Shown here: in pieces, positions 57,922 through 64,000 of the stretch | Layout of the letters: each line of letters opens with the position of its first letter | How positions within the stretch are numbered: position 1 is the first letter of the stretch | Assembly: GCA_964106645.2 (NCBI GenBank) | Contig: OZ067045.1 | Source: Podarcis pityusensis | Taxonomy: Eukaryota | Length of the DNA: 64,000 bases | Strand: one strand, 5' to 3' | Translations under genes and position numbers: made by a program | The notes under the pieces: model-generated | Seen by the model: the letters and a program-made list of their open reading frames with translations, nothing else | What the model was told of the DNA's origin: nothing | The model's database searches: none

Positions 57922-59766
57922 TTTTACACTTTGGAACTCCCTCCCGTGACATAGCAGATGGGCACCATCTTTACTGTACTTTCTGCACCTACTGCAGACA
58001 CCTATTTTTCAACAAACCTTTTAGATTGCTATTTTAAGTTTAGTCTGTAGCTAAAATTGTTTTTATATGTGAAATTGTTTCAAAGATGTATACAAATTGT
58101 GTGTGTGTGTGTGTCCAATTGCATGAGTGTAGCACTCTGAGAGGTTTCCTAAGATATGAATCTTACATGAAATATGATAAATAAATAAACAGTACAATTT
58201 TATAATTAGAATCTGATTGTGGTATTTCAGAATACATATTCTCTGATCAAAATGTTTCCTTAATTATGCTTAGCTGGTTGTTATAGTTAGCTGGTTGCTA
58301 TATGGGTGCTTTTACACTTTTGGTTCATGATAATAGAATTATATGTTTTTCGTTTTTGTTTCAAAAACTCAGTAATATAAAAAGTAAGGAGATGCTAAAA
58401 TCTTGGGGGAAATTCCATGAGGGGAATTTCAGAAGCATCCTTTAATAGAGCTTTCACAAAGCTTGCAAAAATGTCTTGGGGTTGTTTTTGCACATTCCTA
58501 ATTCAAATCCTAGGAAGTCACCCTTAACTGGCTTAAATTGGGTTCCAACAGAGTATTTTACATTACATCTCAGATTTCTCATTACTTAGGGAAAGAATCA
58601 AATTGCTCATTCTAATGACATCTCTCTCTGACTTTTAGTAATGATCTGGAAGCCAGCAAAGCATGGCTAACCTCTGGCTCCTGAGCACATCTACAGACAG
58701 TCTAATTATGCATGCTTCTTGGTAATTCACTTGTTTCAGCCATGGCTAAGAGGTGAAATTATCAGTTTCAGGACTACTTATCACTGAAACCAATCAGACA
58801 AAATCCATGCATACCTGATGAGTCAGAGAGTCTTAAATAGGGGCAATGGGAGCTGTAGTCTTCATTTTTATTTTCATTTTACTCCTTCAGGGGCAGAATG
58901 TGTTGGTGTCATGTTATAGCATAATTGTGGTAACTATTTGCATAGATTATGGTCAGCTATGAACCTGTGAATGATTACAAAGTTTGTGTGGTTAGAATGA
59001 ATTTTTTTTTAGGAAAATGAGTTTAGCATGTGCAGCTTACAAATGTAAAAAAGAGGGTCCATTATCCAGGAGCTGACAGTCTGCTTACTAATCAGTTATG
59101 CTCCATTCTAGCTATAGAAACTGCTCTGAGAAGGGAGATTTTCTGGAAGTGCTTTCTCCTTCTCCCTCTCATCTTCTAATGGGCTAGAAGAAAGTTGGAG
59201 TAGCTGAGAGTGTTTCCATTTCTGAATGAGGAATGTAAGAAACAAGTGAGTGTGATCCATATCTAAAATGACAGAGGGAGAGAATTACATCCTAGAAGGA
59301 ATAATGGACTCAGAAATCTGCAGGCAACCATCTTGTGCCCATTACTGAATCAGTGAGCACAACACTCAGAACTGGTTCATAATTTTCCCAGCCTTGCTTT
59401 AATTTTGGGAGATACATGGACATCAGAGGGAAGGGTCTTAGTTGCAGAGTATCTGCTTTGCATGCAGTAGACTGCCAACATCTCCAAGTAGGGGTGGGAC
59501 TGTCCCCCATCTGAAACCCCAGAAAGTCACTGCAGATGACACTTAGCTAGATGGATAAATGGTCTTTCTCAATCCAAAACAGCTTCCATGTTCCTAACTG
59601 GAAAGCAAGACATCAAGGATCCAGCCATTTAGGATCATTTCAGTGTGCTGCTATGGGATTTAGTTAGAGGCCCCTCTGATTAACATTTTATCTTGGAATT
59701 ATAATTCACAACCTGCTGGTATCCCTATACATGCATACATGTGCATGTGCACACAAACATGGAAGA

Positions 59767-59768
<2 letters not shown>

Positions 59769-59815
<47 letters not shown>

Positions 59816-60318
59816 TAACTTTTATTTGTATCCCGCCCTCCCCGACCGAAACCGGGCTCAGGGCTGCTAACATCAAATACATTGGTATAAAATCAAACAA
59901 TAATTAAATTACCTCCTAAAAACAAGTCAGGATCAAATTAAAATCTAATTAGATGGCTTTCCACAGAATTAGGGTTGGGAACAGTAAATGCTCATCAGGC
60001 CCAACTGTTTACTCTGTTCTTATATGGGCCTGTGAGAATGCTGAGAGGCCTCTTTCGTACTAGTTCTTATACAGAAAGAGGAGGAGAGTCAGGCTGAGCC
60101 CTGACCAAAGGCCTGGCGAAACAACTTCATCTTGCAGGCCCTGCAGAAAGATGTCAAATCCTGCAGAGCCCTGATCTCTCGTGGCAGAGCATTCCACCAA
60201 GCGATGCAAGCCTAATCTCCCTGAGGCTCGGGATCTCCAAGATGTTATTATTTGCAAACCGTTAGAACTTCCGTGGGGCATACCAGGAGAGGCGGTCCTG
60301 TAGGTACAAGGGTCCTAG
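59769..60318 (-). mobile_element. L2-clade LINE 3' fragment (different subfamily) with long AAT-repeat tail
   Basis: (AAT)n at 59769-59812, then tttatttgtatcccgccctccc; distal part resembles the L2 ORF2 end (gagcattccacc, ggagaggcggtcc). Confidence 0.75.
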
Positions 60319-61003
60319 AGTTAGAGGGTTCTAACTCTCAGATAATATCCATGGGCTGTCTATGTATGTCAACAAACCTACCAGCCAAGACATTATATTT
60401 TGCATAACTTAAGATGGTGGGCATTCAGTGTAGATGAGGGATGAGCTTGGCTCCCTCAAAAGCACCTAGGGGCCTAGCAGGGAGGAAATTAGTAAGAAGT
60501 CAGGTCAGTAAGAGGTCTATCAAAGCCCTTGGGTCCATTGGCCACTGCCCAACCTGACTGAACACCGACACTGGGCCTGAGTTCTTGGCTTGAAAAATAA
60601 TTAAAATGCATGTTTTGAAAGAAAATGCATTTATAATACTCATTTCAATATACACCTCTATGTGGAATATTTAAACGAAAAATTCTAACACTTTACTGTG
60701 GAAACAGGATGGGTGAACTTTTGGGCTGGGGTTTGAAGAACGGCACAAACAAGAAACAGATTTACATACATCTGCTTCATGAATTTTTTTTTGATAAGCA
60801 TATGCTCTTCTGTTTGAGTTGGAACAATTTTAATTGTTCTACTTGTTTATAATTATAACTGTTCTAAATGTACAAGATCAGGGCATGACACTTTCTGAAA
60901 AACTAGAAGGTAATAAAACTTAATAAACTTTTATAGTAGCTTGCCGGCCAGCACACAAACCAAGACACTACTGGACAAACTGTACCTTCTACATTCCATA
61001 ATA

Positions 61004-61245
61004 CAGTGGTACCTGGGGTTACATATGCTTCAGGTTACAGACGCTTGAGGTTACAGACTCCACTAACCCAGAGATAGTACCTCGGGTTAAGAACTTTGCT
61101 TCAGGATGAGAACAGAAATTGTGCTCCAGCAGCGCGGTAGCAGCAGGACGCCCCATTAGCTAAAGTGGTGCTTCAGGTTAAGAACAGTTTCAGGTTAAGA
61201 ACGGACCTCCGGAACGAATTAAGTACTTAATCCGAGGTACCACTT
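61004..61245 (-). mobile_element. Family-A Tc1/mariner MITE, inverted
   Basis: Reverse complement of 32145-32370; TA at 61002-61003 and 61246-61247. Confidence 0.9.
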
Positions 61246-63029
61246 TATAGCGTTGTGTTAACATTATGCTTTGTATTGATATTAGTAACTTTCAGGTTCT
61301 CTTCACTTCAGTGCTTGTATTAACTTTATTGTTGTTTTTTACATCCTTTGAATTGGGGGAAAGAGGGGGAATGTATATTTTCCCCAATATATTTTAATAA
61401 CAATAATTTTAAATGCATCCTTTGTTTCTATAAGTGCATTTTATATTGTTCTAAGCTGCCCTGGGACCTTTATAGTGAAGGGCAAATAAGATATAAGAAA
61501 TAAATAAATATGTGTAGGAAAGCAAAGAGAAAACAACTAGATGCAACTTTTCATACTGTCAGAAAAGGTCAAAGCAAGCCTGACACACTCCTTTTTTGTA
61601 AATCTCCTTGAAGGTAATTTGCCCTTTGGGATAACTCAAAAAAATTACACCCTGCAAGGCCATTTGGAGCCTTAAAATACAATTGATTTCTTCATAGTTC
61701 TCCCTCCCTCTGCTTTGTACTCTGTGGCCATTATGCCTTTTCTTTGGTGCTTACTGCAGAAAACTAACATATTATGGACCACAAAACAAAACATCAGTTT
61801 ACTCTGTAATTTATTCTTTGTTATGCATTTTTGAGGATGAAGCATAAATAAATATGGCACTAATTGACAAACCCTGAAATCATTCATAAGAAAGTGTGTG
61901 AGCAATTGAATGATGTAGCAACAATTCATACAAGAATCCACATGTAACACAGAGGTCTTAAATTGTTTAAGTGGGCATTTTCTTAATGCAATCAAAAGAG
62001 GCATTGTAAATCACATGCATGTAACCATTGTTTTGAAAAAGGAAAGAGATTTAGAACAAGGAATTTAATGACAAAGGTCAGTCACATTTTAAGTACGTGA
62101 CAACCTAAGAAGACCCTATTACCTGCAAACAAAGTTCTTGTCTAGTCCAGCATTCTGTCCTCACAATGGCCCCAGACTGGCAGTTACAGTCCAAAACATC
62201 TGGAGAGCACCAAGTTGGTGAAGGCTGATCTAAGGGATCCATCAGGTGTGTGCCTGTGGCAGAGCAACACCTGGTTTATTTGGGGCCAGGGATTTGGCAC
62301 CCATAAACCCACCTGGGTGACCTTTCTCCCCCCATCCTTTCTGTTTTTGACTTGTCCTGTAAAAGCATGGACATCAGCATCTATTGTAAATTTGGAACTA
62401 ACTTTGAGACCTCTCTCTGAACTACTTCCTCCTCTGCTAAACATCACTGCAGCAGTGTCTAAAGAAGGGTGGGAGGTGTGTTGGCAAACCACTCTCTGAA
62501 GCACCTCCTATCCATTTTGGAAAGGGAGCTAGCGTTTGGGTGAGCTGTGGAGTAAGCTGTAAGTAGAGGAGCAGAGTGAACTGTGAGGAGAGAGGTGGGG
62601 CATTTTGTGAGGGTATGGGGTTGGGTGAGGTGTAAAGAGATGGGGCTGGCCACGTTGGGGGGAAGTGGGTAGCAAAGGGCTGGGAGGTGGTGAGTAGGAA
62701 GGGTTGGAAAACAAGAAAGGACAGCAGGTCCTAGTATTTTTATTTTGGCCCTCAGTAAGTTTCAAATCACCACTGAAGGCTATCTGCTCCATAGTTTAGG
62801 CCTTATTGGTTGGCGCAAGACTGGTAAAACTTTTTCACCACAAGAGCCACATTCCCTTATGAGCAGCTTTCCAAAGGCTGTGTGCCATTGGTGGGTGGGG
62901 CCAAGGGCAGCAGAGGGTGGAGCAATGAATGTAATTTTTACATTTGATAAAGTAGGCTAGTGAGTACAAGCATTTGCTTGTCTCTTTCTCTCCTTCATCC
63001 TGCAGTCAAGAGAAATTATCAAAACTTAT

Positions 63030-63178
63030 AATCATAGAACTGTATAGTAGGAAGGGACCACAATGATCATCTAGTCCATCCCCTTCAATGCATTTGCCCA
63101 ATGTGGGGCTCAAATCCATGACCCTGAGATTAAGAGTGTTATGCTCTATCAGCTGAACTCTACCAACCGTGCTATCCA
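63030..63178 (-). mobile_element. tRNA-Lys/CR1 SINE, third copy, inserted in an older hAT-like repeat
   Basis: Reverse complement of the 24407 and 26085 elements. Confidence 0.75.
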
Positions 63179-63785
63179 CTGACACATTCTAGCCAGGCAA
63201 AAACACTCAGTTTACCCCTGAGTTAGCCTAAGGTCATAATCATGACAATAGGTGAATGATTCCTCCCTCTCTTTAATCTTCTGAAAATAGCACGTAGATG
63301 ATGGTGGGAATTTGGATCAGGAATATGGCAAGTGAGTGAGGGCTTAACCATTTTGGCAATAAAATTTAACAACACCCTAACCCAACCCTTTTTGGGCTGA
63401 TATATATATCCGTACGATTAACATATAGGGAAACAGTACAGTGGAAAGTAGTAACTACTCCATTATACGCCTCACAGTCTCAGTCTGAACTGTTTCACAC
63501 TGTGGCAATTTGTAAAATTTTAACAAGACTGGAGATAAATTCAGAAATCTGGCATTGCTTCTTGTTTGCTATTGAGCTTGTCTAGAGTTTGCAAAGGACC
63601 CTGTCCAGGGTCCTGATGCTTGTCTATTGTAAGTTTCTTTGAGTGCCCGTCCATAAATCATTGCATTTCTAAGACTGCAGGTGCTCTGTAGGTGTCCTTC
63701 CTTCACGGGACATTGAATCCTTTGCACTCTTAGTCATGAAAAGGAGACTTGCAAGGAAGTCAGTTTTATTGGATGCAGTGTGGTT

Positions 63786-64000
63786 TTGTTGTTGTTGTTT
63801 AGTCATTTAGTCATGTCCGACTCTTCGTGACCCCATGGACCAGAGAACGCCAGGCACCTCTGTCCTCCACTGCCTCCCGCAGTTTGGTCAAACTCATGCT
63901 GGTAACCTTGAAAACACTATCCAGCCATCTCGTCCTCTGTCGCCCCCTTCTCCTTGTGCCCTCCATCTTTCCCAACATCAGGGTCTTCTCCAGGGAGTCT
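63786..64000 (-). mobile_element. RTE-BovB LINE 3' end (continues beyond the window)
   Basis: Minus strand encodes DSLEKTLMLGKMEGTRRRGRQRTRWLDSV...REAVEDRGAWRSLVHGVTKSRT*, followed by a (CAA)n tail. Confidence 0.92.

Noticed and set aside
58815-58850. CTGATGAG as another hammerhead core
   Set aside because: No stem II followed by GAAA and no stem I pairing.

Overview
Vertebrate genomic DNA, most likely from a lacertid lizard (inferred from Sauria-type SINEs and from BovB, CR1, L2 and Tc1/mariner MITE families). The whole window lies inside a type II classical cadherin gene, CDH8, on the minus strand. Five internal coding exons are present (188, 254, 137, 122 and 118 bp; equivalent to human exons 6-10, EC3 to the start of EC5), all with GT/AG sites and compatible phases. 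The rest is intron, rich in transposable elements, many of them nested and with readable target-site duplications (TSDs). Most notable: (1) a 2.15-kb apparently complete non-autonomous L1-type retroelement (CpG-rich 5' end, one 210-aa ORF, no reverse transcriptase, A-tail, 17-bp TSD) inserted in a Tc1/mariner-type MITE; (2) a minimal hammerhead-ribozyme motif in a Penelope-derived palindrome, intact only antisense to CDH8; (3) a possible read-through of the weak exon-9 donor giving a truncated, secreted CDH8; (4) a TIR element carrying a 154-bp tandem array; (5) a solo LTR with a 6-bp TSD. Family names and comparisons to other species are from recall, not from database searches. Boundaries of old repeats are approximate.
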